A stretch of DNA of 32,000 nt from Candidatus Pacearchaeota archaeon (GTDB lineage Archaea; Nanobdellota; Nanobdellia; Pacearchaeales; UBA284). The stretch spans positions 1 through 32,000 of the forward strand of contig CP061211.1 in the NCBI GenBank assembly GCA_026016245.1, given 5' to 3'. A model generated the notes under the pieces. It was not told the origin of the DNA. It saw only the letters and a program-made list of their open reading frames with translations, and searched no databases. Shown here one piece after another: positions 9,080 through 17,376 of the stretch (the first letter of the stretch is position 1; each line of letters starts with the position of its first letter). Both the position numbers and the translations under genes were made by a program.

Positions 9080-9098
9080 TAAAACATCAATAATTTAT

Positions 9099-9551
9099 AT
9101 GGTAAAGGCTAAGACAAGAACTAAAACTAAAAAAAAGATAAGATGGGGCAGGCTTTTTCTTATGCTTATCATAATTGCTATGGTAGTAACAGCCATAACA
9201 CAATTTCTTTATTATTATTTAAATTATCAATATGGCGTCAGGCAGAGACAGGTTTATGAGATGAAATTGAAGGTTGCTGATTATGTTGGTTTTAGCGTTG
9301 ATCCAGATATTTTAAATTTTGGAGTGGTTATGCCTTCAGGAGGATCAAAACGTTCTGTTGAGCTTTCAGCTGATGAGCCGACAAAAGTGAAGGTCATACT
9401 TAAAGGTGATTTAGCACCTTGGGTTATGGTTTCAGAGAATAATTTTGTTTTTGAAGGTGATAAGAGTATTGAATTTACAGCAGTAGTGCCAGAAGATGTA
9501 GAAGAAGGAGAATACACAGGAACAGCAATCATATTATTCAAGAAACCTTAA
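9099..9551 (+). CDS. N-terminally anchored 150-aa protein with a single beta-sandwich domain
   Basis: A basic N-terminus is followed by a TM helix (RWGRLFLMLIIIAMVVTAITQFLYYYL). The segment KVILKGDLAPWVMVSENNFVF matches LKVGGEWSDFVILNQTSVKF (5769 gene) and MNGDLTPYFTLSTSVFE (7862 gene). The C-terminal VPEDVEEGEYTGTAIILF strand is typical of PapD/CARDB-like sandwiches. Confidence 0.7.
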   Translation: MVKAKTRTKTKKKIRWGRLFLMLIIIAMVVTAITQFLYYYLNYQYGVRQRQVYEMKLKVADYVGFSVDPDILNFGVVMPSGGSKRSVELSADEPTKVKVILKGDLAPWVMVSENNFVFEGDKSIEFTAVVPEDVEEGEYTGTAIILFKKP

Positions 9552-10162
9552 GTCTTCATTAGAATATCAATTTCTTTTTTTATGTCTTTAGCAACTGTTT
9601 GTATTGGCCTGTTTCCTTCTATAATCTTGATATTGTCTTTTAGATAATTTGGCAGGAGAAGGAACTTTTTTCTTGTTTTACGCAATATTTTCAATTTTTC
9701 AAAATAAGATCTTTTTTCTTTGGTAATCTCATATTTCTCTTTTACTCGCTCTAGAGCAATATCAGCTGGAACATCAATTATAAAAGTAATTGTTGGCATT
9801 AAAAATTCTTTTGTATATTCTTGCCATTCTTCTTCGTCAAGTTGATAAGCGAGAGTGCTGTAATAATAACGGTCACATATTACAATTTTTCTTTCTTCCA
9901 GCGCTGTTTTTATATTCCTAACAACATCTTTTGTATCAAGTCTAAAAAGTTCTAACCATTTTTCCTTGCTTACTCTTGCTGCCTCTTTTCTTCTCAATAA
10001 ATTTTCTATCTTTTTTCCATATTCTCCTTCAGAAGGCTCACTTATTAAAAAAACATCAAAGCCAAGTTTTTCTAGATATTTTTTAAGAATTTCTACTTGT
10101 GCGCTTTTACCATTCCCATCAATTCCATCAAAAACAATAAAAATATTTTTTTGTTGTTTCAT
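9548..10162 (-). CDS. tmk: Thymidylate kinase
   Basis: P-loop FIVFDGIDGNGKSAQ and DRYYYSTLAYQ motif; 204 aa. Its stop codon overlaps the convergent upstream gene's stop in a TTAA palindrome. Confidence 0.85.
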   Translation of the reverse strand: MKQQKNIFIVFDGIDGNGKSAQVEILKKYLEKLGFDVFLISEPSEGEYGKKIENLLRRKEAARVSKEKWLELFRLDTKDVVRNIKTALEERKIVICDRYYYSTLAYQLDEEEWQEYTKEFLMPTITFIIDVPADIALERVKEKYEITKEKRSYFEKLKILRKTRKKFLLLPNYLKDNIKIIEGNRPIQTVAKDIKKEIDILMKT

Positions 10163-10163
10163 T

Positions 10164-10553
10164 TTATTTTAAATTAATAATAATTCTTCTTTCACGAGGG
10201 CCGTCAAATTCACAAAACATTATGCCTTGCCATCTTCCTAATGCCAGTTTTGAATTTTTTATTGGGATAACTTCACTTGGCCCTATAATTGCTGCTTTAA
10301 TATGAGCATCACCATTTCCATCTATTTTGTCATGTTTCCAAATTCCTTTTGGTGCTATTTTCCTTAAAGCTTCAAGAAAATCTTCACATACAGCAGGATC
10401 ATAATTTTCATTAATAGTTATGGCAGCTGTAGCATGAGGAACATAGACAAGACACAAACCTTCCTTGAGTTTTGATTTTTTAACAAGATTTTCTATCTGT
10501 ATTGTTATATCAACTATTTCCTCTCTTTTTTTAGTCTTTATTTTCAATTCCAT
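10164..10553 (-). CDS. YjbQ/UPF0047 family protein (secondary thiamine-phosphate synthase-like)
   Basis: Family signatures seen: LCLVYVPHATAAITINENYDP, DGNGDAHIKAAIIG and LALGRWQGIMFCEFDGPRERR. It ends 1 nt before tmk, so the two are probably one operon. Confidence 0.8.
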   Translation of the reverse strand: MELKIKTKKREEIVDITIQIENLVKKSKLKEGLCLVYVPHATAAITINENYDPAVCEDFLEALRKIAPKGIWKHDKIDGNGDAHIKAAIIGPSEVIPIKNSKLALGRWQGIMFCEFDGPRERRIIINLK

Positions 10554-10571
10554 AAATTTTTAAATTTAATT

Positions 10572-10907
10572 ATGTTTATAAAAGTTATGAAGGAAAAGAA
10601 GATAAGGAAGATAAAGAAGATAGAGAAGATTAATTTAGTGTGTAAAAGCCATCTAAAAAAATATTTTAGACTTACTAGCAAGGCTCTTAAAATTGCAAAG
10701 AAAGCAATGAACAAGAAAAAGAAAAAGGAAGCTTTGGTTGTTATTGATATGGCTCAGAGATATTATGATGATGCCAAGTATTTTGAATCTAAAGGTCATA
10801 TGGTTAATGCTTTTGCTGCCCTGAATTATGCTCATGGATGGTTAGACTGTGGAAGCAGGCTTGGTTTTTTCAGGGTTAAAGACTCAAAACTTTTTGTTGT
10901 AAAATGA
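10572..10907 (+). CDS. DUF357 family protein
   Basis: The DMAQRYYDDAKYFESKGHMVNAFAALNYAHGWLDCGSRLG core is recalled from DUF357. The Lys-rich N-terminal ~45 aa may not be translated; alternative starts lie at 10587 and 10707. The stop overlaps the next start (ATGA). Confidence 0.6.
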   Translation: MFIKVMKEKKIRKIKKIEKINLVCKSHLKKYFRLTSKALKIAKKAMNKKKKKEALVVIDMAQRYYDDAKYFESKGHMVNAFAALNYAHGWLDCGSRLGFFRVKDSKLFVVK

Positions 10908-11692
10908 TATTTGTTGGATTAGATTTAGCATGGTCTTCAAGGAATAATAGTGCAATTGCTATCCTCGAAGGAAACAAGAAAGAAGCAAAATTAATTTCAT
11001 TCAAAGATAAAATTTTGACAAACGAAGAAATAATTGATTTTATAACAAGGGAAACAAAAAATAAAAATACAATTATTGCTATAGATGCTCCTCTTCTTGT
11101 TCCAAATGAGAATGGAAGAAGAATAGCAGAAGATTACACAGGACATCTTTTTAGAGAATATCACGCGGGAGCACATCCTGCAAATAGAAAAAGATTAAGT
11201 TGGGATGGAGAAGTTAGAGGTGAAAGAATAGTCAAATTACTAGAAAAAAAAGGTTTTGAACATAATCCTTTTCTAAAACGTTTTGAAAAAACAAATAAAA
11301 TCATTGAAGTTTATCCTCATCCTTCAATTGTTGTCTTATTTAATCTTAAACATATTCTTAGATATAAAGCCAGGCCAAAAAGAAATTATGAATTTAGATG
11401 GAAAGAATTTGAGAAATATAAGAAATATCTAAAGAATTTAGAAAAAGCGAATCCAAAATTAAAACTTCCAAAAGAAATTTTTAAGAAAAAAATAAAAGGA
11501 TTGAAAGGAAAAGCATTAAAAGAATTTGAAGATTTACTTGATTCAATAATCTGCGCATATATTTCTTATTATTATTGGTGTTACCCAGAAAAATGTGAAG
11601 TTCTTGGTAATATGAAGAAAGGCTATATTATGACTCCTGTATTTGATTTTATGAAAGAAAAATTAAAAAAATTTAAATCTATGAAAAAATGA
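10904..11692 (+). CDS. DUF429 family protein (predicted RNase H-fold nuclease)
   Basis: N-terminal FVGLDLAWSSRNNSAIAIL and IIAIDAPLLVPNENGRR are typical of DUF429. It has ATGA start/stop overlaps with both neighbouring genes. Confidence 0.65.
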   Translation: MIFVGLDLAWSSRNNSAIAILEGNKKEAKLISFKDKILTNEEIIDFITRETKNKNTIIAIDAPLLVPNENGRRIAEDYTGHLFREYHAGAHPANRKRLSWDGEVRGERIVKLLEKKGFEHNPFLKRFEKTNKIIEVYPHPSIVVLFNLKHILRYKARPKRNYEFRWKEFEKYKKYLKNLEKANPKLKLPKEIFKKKIKGLKGKALKEFEDLLDSIICAYISYYYWCYPEKCEVLGNMKKGYIMTPVFDFMKEKLKKFKSMKK

Positions 11693-12267
11693 TATGTTTT
11701 TTTATTGGAAAAAGAAACAAGAAAATAGAATATTCTTTCAAGAAATTAGGTTTTGATAAAGTTTATTTTGTAAAGGAAGTGTCTAAATTAAAGGAAATAA
11801 GAAAAGAAGACAAAAGTACTTATAATGCTTTTTTAATTAAAACTAAGGGAATAGAGATGTTGAGGAGGATGGTTGATAAAGCATCTAATTATATTTCCTT
11901 TATTCTTGTTTTAGGGATAAATGATGAAATAAATCGTATCACTTTAGAACATAAAAAAGTCAGGGCTTTGGTAAGTCCTGAATACAAAAGAGAAAAGGAT
12001 TTCTTGCATTATAGAAATTCTGGTTTAAATCAGGTATTATGTAAGATAGCTAGAGACAATGATAAGATAATTATAGAGAATTTTAGTGATTTTATTTTAG
12101 AGAGCAAAGATATAACAAAAGCTCTTATTTTAGGAAGAATGATTCAGAATGCTCGACTTTGTAAAAAATATAAAACAAGACTTATTATAGGGAATTTTGT
12201 TAGAAATAATTCTGAATTTAGGTCAAAATATGATTTAGAAACTTTTAAGAGAATTCTATTTGTTTAG
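11689..12267 (+). CDS. rnp3: RNase P protein component 3 (Rpp30/Rnp3 family)
   Basis: VRALVSPEYKREKDF..SGLNQVLCKIARDNDKIIIENFSDF...LILGRMIQNARLCKKYKTRLIIGNF aligns by eye with the Pyrococcus Rpp30 segment [30 protein letters not shown]...[24 protein letters not shown]. Confidence 0.65.
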   Translation: MICFFIGKRNKKIEYSFKKLGFDKVYFVKEVSKLKEIRKEDKSTYNAFLIKTKGIEMLRRMVDKASNYISFILVLGINDEINRITLEHKKVRALVSPEYKREKDFLHYRNSGLNQVLCKIARDNDKIIIENFSDFILESKDITKALILGRMIQNARLCKKYKTRLIIGNFVRNNSEFRSKYDLETFKRILFV

Positions 12268-12540
12268 AATCTTAATGTTTTTGTTTTTATATGGCCAAGG
12301 GCTATGGCCTAATTGGATAATCAGGTCTATATTCAGGTTTTTAAGTTCAAGAGGCAGGTCGCAAGCACCATAACAAGAACCAAGCCAAATAAGACATTTT
12401 GCTTTTGTTTTTTTCTCAATCTTATCTACTAACTTTGTGGCTTCTAGCTTTAATCCTTCTGGAAGTTGCAAACAGACAAGTTTTGCTTTTTCCTTTTTAA
12501 TTGTTCTAATAATTTTGTCTATCTCCAAATCATATTTCAT
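12256..12540 (-). CDS. dph2: Dph2 (2-(3-amino-3-carboxypropyl)histidine synthase) N-terminal fragment. It is only 94 aa where full-length Dph2 is ~330-340 aa.
   Basis: KAKLVCLQLPEGLKLEATKLVDKIE...CLIWLGSCYGACDLPL...DLIIQLGHS matches the first ~85 residues of archaeal Dph2 (..RVLIQSPEGLRREAEELA...INYGACDP...DALIHLGHS). It has its own AAGGAGA SD about 10 nt upstream. The ORF ends inside the 3' end of the convergent rnp3 gene. Confidence 0.6.
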   Translation of the reverse strand: MKYDLEIDKIIRTIKKEKAKLVCLQLPEGLKLEATKLVDKIEKKTKAKCLIWLGSCYGACDLPLELKNLNIDLIIQLGHSPWPYKNKNIKILNK

Positions 12541-12574
12541 GAATCTTTAATCTCCTTAATCTTTTTATAGTTTT

Positions 12575-13090
12575 TTATTTTAGTTCATAAAGATAAAGTT
12601 TCTCAAAGAAAAATTTCTCCTCATCAATTTTTTTGAAATTGTATTGATATTTTTTAAACAACTGTTCAACATTTTTATTTAAGCTACTACATAACAATAA
12701 AATTTTTCCATTTTTTTCTAGATAATTTTTCGCTTCTCTTAAAAATCTGTTGATGATTTCTGTTCCGCTCTTGCCGCCATCTATTTCTTTATATTTAATT
12801 TTTTTGCTTGGAAGGTAAGGTGGATTGAATAAAATGAGATTGAATTTTCCTTTTATATTTGAAAATAAATCTGAATATATGAATTTTATTTTGGGATTTT
12901 TATTATTTCTTTTTAGTTTCTTAATTAATTCTTTATTAATATCACAAGCTATAACTTCTCTAGCATATTTAGATGATTCTTTTGCGAGAATTCCTGATCC
13001 TGTTCCTATATCAAGAACAATATCATTTTTATTTATGTAATTTTTAATATGTTTCAATAAAAGAAAAGAATCCTCTCTAGGCTCATACAT
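12575..13090 (-). CDS. HemK/Mtq2-type SAM-dependent methyltransferase (probable release-factor glutamine N5-methyltransferase)
   Basis: N-terminal YEPREDSFLLL, SAM motif I VLDIGTGSGILA, and NPPY motif (LFNPPYLPS). Confidence 0.75.
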   Translation of the reverse strand: MYEPREDSFLLLKHIKNYINKNDIVLDIGTGSGILAKESSKYAREVIACDINKELIKKLKRNNKNPKIKFIYSDLFSNIKGKFNLILFNPPYLPSKKIKYKEIDGGKSGTEIINRFLREAKNYLEKNGKILLLCSSLNKNVEQLFKKYQYNFKKIDEEKFFFEKLYLYELK

Positions 13091-13097
13091 TTTATTT

Positions 13098-13523
13098 TTA
13101 TTTGATTATTACCTTTTTAATACTAAAGAACTTTTCAAGAATATCAGAAAGCTCATGGAGTCTTCTTTTCCCTCTTCCAATCAGGGCTGCCTTTTCTCTT
13201 AGTGCACTAAAAATTATAAGCTCATTATTTTGAAGTAAGAGTTTTCTGAATTTATGTGGGAATATGAGAACCTTGATAAAGTATTCAAGATCAGCTCTGC
13301 TTGTTGGTACAGCAACTATCTTTACCTTCCTATTTATTCTCCTCATGAGCCTATTTACATTCTCTGCATTTCTTCCTATGGCTTTGGTGACTAATTTTCT
13401 TGGCACCGCGAAAATGATGATTGAATCATAATTAAAGCAATATTTTGCTTTTAGTCCAACAACTTTTTCAAAAACATTCATATATTGTATTTTTTGGATG
13501 TCAAGTTTTGCTATAATCTTCAT
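13098..13523 (-). CDS. nusA: Archaeal NusA-like transcription termination/antitermination protein (two KH domains)
   Basis: 141 aa with two GxxG KH signatures (AIGRNAENVNRL, LIGRGKRRLHEL). It sits at the conserved position after rpl30e in the RNAP operon. Confidence 0.8.
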   Translation of the reverse strand: MKIIAKLDIQKIQYMNVFEKVVGLKAKYCFNYDSIIIFAVPRKLVTKAIGRNAENVNRLMRRINRKVKIVAVPTSRADLEYFIKVLIFPHKFRKLLLQNNELIIFSALREKAALIGRGKRRLHELSDILEKFFSIKKVIIK

Positions 13524-13801
13524 TTTTTGCTTCCTGTTTTTTTCTTTATTTCTTTTTCTTCTTTTAATACAGAAACAACTGAGATATTAAAACTTTTCTT
13601 ACACAACTCTTTTAGTTCTTCTCTTGTCAGATCTGTTTTTATTACTATGCTTGTTTTTGGGAATTCTTTAGAGTCTATTGAACAATCCTTAGACAAGTAG
13701 ATTTTTTCAATATCCCTAAATTTTTTAAAAGCTATTTTTGGTCCGAAAATTACATCTCTCTTTTTCAATTCTTTTGTAAGGCTATTTGTAATCTGTGCCA
13801 T
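13520..13801 (-). CDS. rpl30e: Ribosomal protein L30e (eL30)
   Basis: 93 aa at the conserved position directly after rpoA. The pattern ELKKRDVIFGPKIAFKKF...IYLSKDCS...TREELKELCKKSFNISVVSVL follows the L30e consensus. AAGGAGAA SD upstream. Confidence 0.7.
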   Translation of the reverse strand: MAQITNSLTKELKKRDVIFGPKIAFKKFRDIEKIYLSKDCSIDSKEFPKTSIVIKTDLTREELKELCKKSFNISVVSVLKEEKEIKKKTGSKK

Positions 13802-13840
13802 TTTCTCCTTTGTTTTAGTTTTTTATTTTTATTTGATTTA

Positions 13841-16800
13841 TTATTTCCTAGCTAAGTCTTCTTGTTTTGTTATTTTTACAAGTAGTCCAGGAAGCCCTGT
13901 TCCTACTGGTACAGGTTGGTTGAGAATTAGGTTTTCAATCACACTCACAAGATGGTCTGTTGATGCTGTGATAGAAGCATTAACAAAATGTTTTATAGGT
14001 GTTTCGAATGAAGCTCTAGCAAGAATAGATGATTTATCTGATATTATTCCAACTCTTGTAACCCCCTTAACACTTCCGCTTGAAGTCATGGCATCAGCAA
14101 CCAGTTTAATGTGTTTATCATTTATGGCAAGACTTTGTTTTTCTATAACCTTCTTTGCTTCATTAATTATTGCTTGTCTTGCTGCCTCTATTCCAAGGAC
14201 ATTATAGATCTCATAAATATTGTTTGTTATTACCTTATTTTTATCAATACCTTTTATTTTGAAAATATCTTCAAGATTAGAACCAGCTGTAAGAATAATA
14301 TAGTCTGAATCTCTTTTTACGATGAGGATTTGAGATATTCCCTTGACTCCAGCAACATTTGTCTCTTTTAATTTTTCTTTTATCTTATATAGACCTTTAA
14401 AATCTTCTTCTTCCTTTGGTTTTATTGATAATCCTTCATCTGTTTTTTTTATTCTGATATATTTTGATTCTAGAGCTGAGATGATTTTTTCCTTGCTTAG
14501 ATGTAACTCTCTAAGGGATTTTTTGTTTAGTTTTATATTGATTTTGGATTCGCTAAAATTTACCTGGATTTCTTCAGTAATATCATTTAATTTTATCTCT
14601 CTTATCTTTGCAGCTATTCTTTTGGCAGCCCCTGAATTATTATGCTGTCTTTCTAGATAAATCTCCATACTAGGAGTGCTTGGTTTCTTCCTTGCGTCAA
14701 ATATTTCTATTAATCTTGGAAGGCCAACTGTAATCTGCATTTCTGAAACGCCGGCGAAATGGAAAACATTAAGTGTCATCTGTGTAGCTGGTTCACCAAA
14801 ACTCTCTGCTGTTATAACTCCTATAGCCTCTCCAGGAGCAATTTTGTTATCTTCAAGATGTTCTTTTGTTATGTCTATACCATCTTCCCCATATTCAAAT
14901 TGAATAATGTTTGCATTAGAATCTCTTACAGTCCCATCATATTCCACCCTCAAATCTTGTAGTGCATTTACAAGCCTTCTGTACAAGTAGCCGGATTTTG
15001 GTGTTCTTAGTGCTGTATCCATGAGTCCATCTCTTCCTGTAACTGCTGTAAAGAAAAACTCGTCTGCTTTTAATCCATTTAAATAGTTAGAATAAATAAA
15101 TCCGCCTGCCCTAGCTGCAAAATCCCTCTCTTTGTAAAATGATAGAGTCCTGTTATTATATCCAAAGTTTATTCTTTTAGCCCAGAGAGACTGCTGTCCC
15201 ACTGTGGAAGCCATTTGTGTTAAGAACAAAAGACTTCCTCTGGAGCCACACACAGCCATTATATAGGCAGGATTATCCTTTTTGAGTTCTTTTTTAACAG
15301 AATCTCCTACTTTTGTTCTTACCTCATTAAGTGTCTGTAAGATTTTAATTTCTCTGCTCTCTTCAAATGTTTTTCCAGGAATTATTTCTAAAGTATTGTC
15401 ATAGAAAGAGGCAATTATTTTCTGTACTTTCTTTTCAGCTCCTTTGATTATTTCTTTTGTTTCTTCCTTAACCTTATCTGTGGTTTCAATATCTGCTATT
15501 GAGATAGTGAAACCCTTTCTTGTCAAATAAAGGACGCCAAGCAGGAATACTCTCTTTAAGAAATCTATTGTTCTTTTTCTTCCTGCCTGTCTATCTAACT
15601 CTCTTGTTAGAGTATTTGTTTCAACACCAATTATTTTTTCATCGATAAGACCAGAAATAAGCTTTCCATTTTTGATTGCAACATATGCATTATATGGGCA
15701 ATTTTCCTTTTTGCATCTTTCAAAGTAAGGACAGCCCCTTCCTTTACAAGCTTTTGATTTTGTTTCAAAATTTATTTTTGGAAGTAATGCTGAGAATATT
15801 TCTCTTCCATAAACCTTTTCTTTAAAGTGTATGTTTTTTATATTAGTACCACATGCTGAGAGAAGTTGTATAGCCTCTTCTCTTGGGATATTTTTTGCTG
15901 ATGTCAATAGATAGAGGCCGGTTATAGCATCTTCAACACAACCTAACACATTGGCATTTATTTTTGGCGATATGAGATGGTTTGCTACGTCAAGCAGAAC
16001 TTTAGCTTCAGCTCTAGCTTCTTCTGTTTGTGGCACGTGAATATTCATAGCATCACCATCAAAGTCTGCATTGTATGGGAAGGTTGCTGCTGGGTGTATT
16101 CTAAATGTTCTTCCTGGGAGTACTTTTACAAAATGCCCCATAAGACTCATTCTATGTAGTGAGGGATGTCTGTTGAAAAGAACAATATCATTATCTTCTA
16201 GGTGTCTCTCAACAAGATAGCCAATATCAAGTTCTTCTTTAAGTTGTTCTCTTAATTCTTCTGTGATTCTTTTTCTCTTGCCGTCTAGTCTAATAATACT
16301 GTTTGCAGCTGGGTAAATTGTTTTTTCAATTTTTTTGCTAAGAAGGCCCATGTTAGATGTTGTGATTCTTTCAGGGACAGTAAGAACTTTTGCTATTTCA
16401 AGAGGGACGCCAACATCATTAATTTCAATGTATGGATCTGGGCTTATGATTGTTCTTGAGCTGAAATTGACTCTTTTACCAGCAAGATTATGCCTGATTC
16501 TTCCTTGTTTTCCTTTAATTCTTTCAGTTATTGTTTTTAATGGCTGTCCACTTCTATGTCTTGCTGGAGGAACATGACTTATTGTATTATCAAAGAAAGT
16601 TGTTGAATGGTATTGTAATAAATCCCATAGATCCTCGATGATAACTTCTGGGGCCCCTGCATTAAGATTCTCCCACAGACGCTGGTTTGCTCTAACAATA
16701 TCACTTAGCTTATGTGTCAAATCATCCTCACTTCTCTCTCCTGTTTCAAGAGTTATGCTAGGGCGAACTGTTACCGGTGGGACTAACAAAAGAGTTAGAA

Positions 16801-17353
16801 TAGCCCACTCTGGTCTACAAGATTTTGGATTTATTCCTAGAACACGAGCATCACTGTCACTTATCCTAACAAGTCTTTCACGAATTTCTGTAGGGAAGAT
16901 TCTTTTTTTGCCAATGTAAAAAGAAGATGGCTTGTCTAGTTTTACTTTTTCTTGTTTTGTTCCACAATAAGGGCATTTTTTTGCTGTTCTTGCTTTATCT
17001 ACTCTTTTTAATTTTATGTATTCCTCTGTCAAGAGAATCCTTCCACATTCCTGGCATGTAGCTTTTAAACATAGATATATAAGAGGAAGGAATTTTATGT
17101 GCAGAACAGGACGAGCTAGTTCAATATATCCAAAATGACCCAAACACTCTTTAAGCAATCCTCCACAAGTTCTGCATCTGACTCCTGGACCTATTGCTCC
17201 TAGTCTTAGATCCATCAAGCCACCATCTACTGGATAGCCGTCCATGTCATAAAGTTCTGGAGTTACAATTTTAGCAGCACCAAATTTCTTTATCTGCTCA
17301 GGAGAGAACAAGGAAAATTGAATTTCCTTGATCTGTTTAATTATTGGTTCCAT
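13841..17353 (-). CDS. rpoA: DNA-directed RNA polymerase subunit A, with the A' and A'' regions in a single unsplit 1170-aa ORF
   Basis: N-terminal Zn ribbon RCRTCGG..CLGHFGYIEL. Catalytic YNADFDGDAMNIHVPQ. Bridge helix TGRDGLMDTALRTPKSGYLYRRL. Trigger loop (normally in A'') GEAIGVITAESFGEPATQMTLNVFHFAG. A''-type C-terminus NQPVPVGTGLPGLLV. All are in one frame with no stop. Confidence 0.95.
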   Translation of the reverse strand: MEPIIKQIKEIQFSLFSPEQIKKFGAAKIVTPELYDMDGYPVDGGLMDLRLGAIGPGVRCRTCGGLLKECLGHFGYIELARPVLHIKFLPLIYLCLKATCQECGRILLTEEYIKLKRVDKARTAKKCPYCGTKQEKVKLDKPSSFYIGKKRIFPTEIRERLVRISDSDARVLGINPKSCRPEWAILTLLLVPPVTVRPSITLETGERSEDDLTHKLSDIVRANQRLWENLNAGAPEVIIEDLWDLLQYHSTTFFDNTISHVPPARHRSGQPLKTITERIKGKQGRIRHNLAGKRVNFSSRTIISPDPYIEINDVGVPLEIAKVLTVPERITTSNMGLLSKKIEKTIYPAANSIIRLDGKRKRITEELREQLKEELDIGYLVERHLEDNDIVLFNRHPSLHRMSLMGHFVKVLPGRTFRIHPAATFPYNADFDGDAMNIHVPQTEEARAEAKVLLDVANHLISPKINANVLGCVEDAITGLYLLTSAKNIPREEAIQLLSACGTNIKNIHFKEKVYGREIFSALLPKINFETKSKACKGRGCPYFERCKKENCPYNAYVAIKNGKLISGLIDEKIIGVETNTLTRELDRQAGRKRTIDFLKRVFLLGVLYLTRKGFTISIADIETTDKVKEETKEIIKGAEKKVQKIIASFYDNTLEIIPGKTFEESREIKILQTLNEVRTKVGDSVKKELKKDNPAYIMAVCGSRGSLLFLTQMASTVGQQSLWAKRINFGYNNRTLSFYKERDFAARAGGFIYSNYLNGLKADEFFFTAVTGRDGLMDTALRTPKSGYLYRRLVNALQDLRVEYDGTVRDSNANIIQFEYGEDGIDITKEHLEDNKIAPGEAIGVITAESFGEPATQMTLNVFHFAGVSEMQITVGLPRLIEIFDARKKPSTPSMEIYLERQHNNSGAAKRIAAKIREIKLNDITEEIQVNFSESKINIKLNKKSLRELHLSKEKIISALESKYIRIKKTDEGLSIKPKEEEDFKGLYKIKEKLKETNVAGVKGISQILIVKRDSDYIILTAGSNLEDIFKIKGIDKNKVITNNIYEIYNVLGIEAARQAIINEAKKVIEKQSLAINDKHIKLVADAMTSSGSVKGVTRVGIISDKSSILARASFETPIKHFVNASITASTDHLVSVIENLILNQPVPVGTGLPGLLVKITKQEDLARK

Positions 17354-17376
17354 TTTGTTTTTTCTTTTTTTTATTC

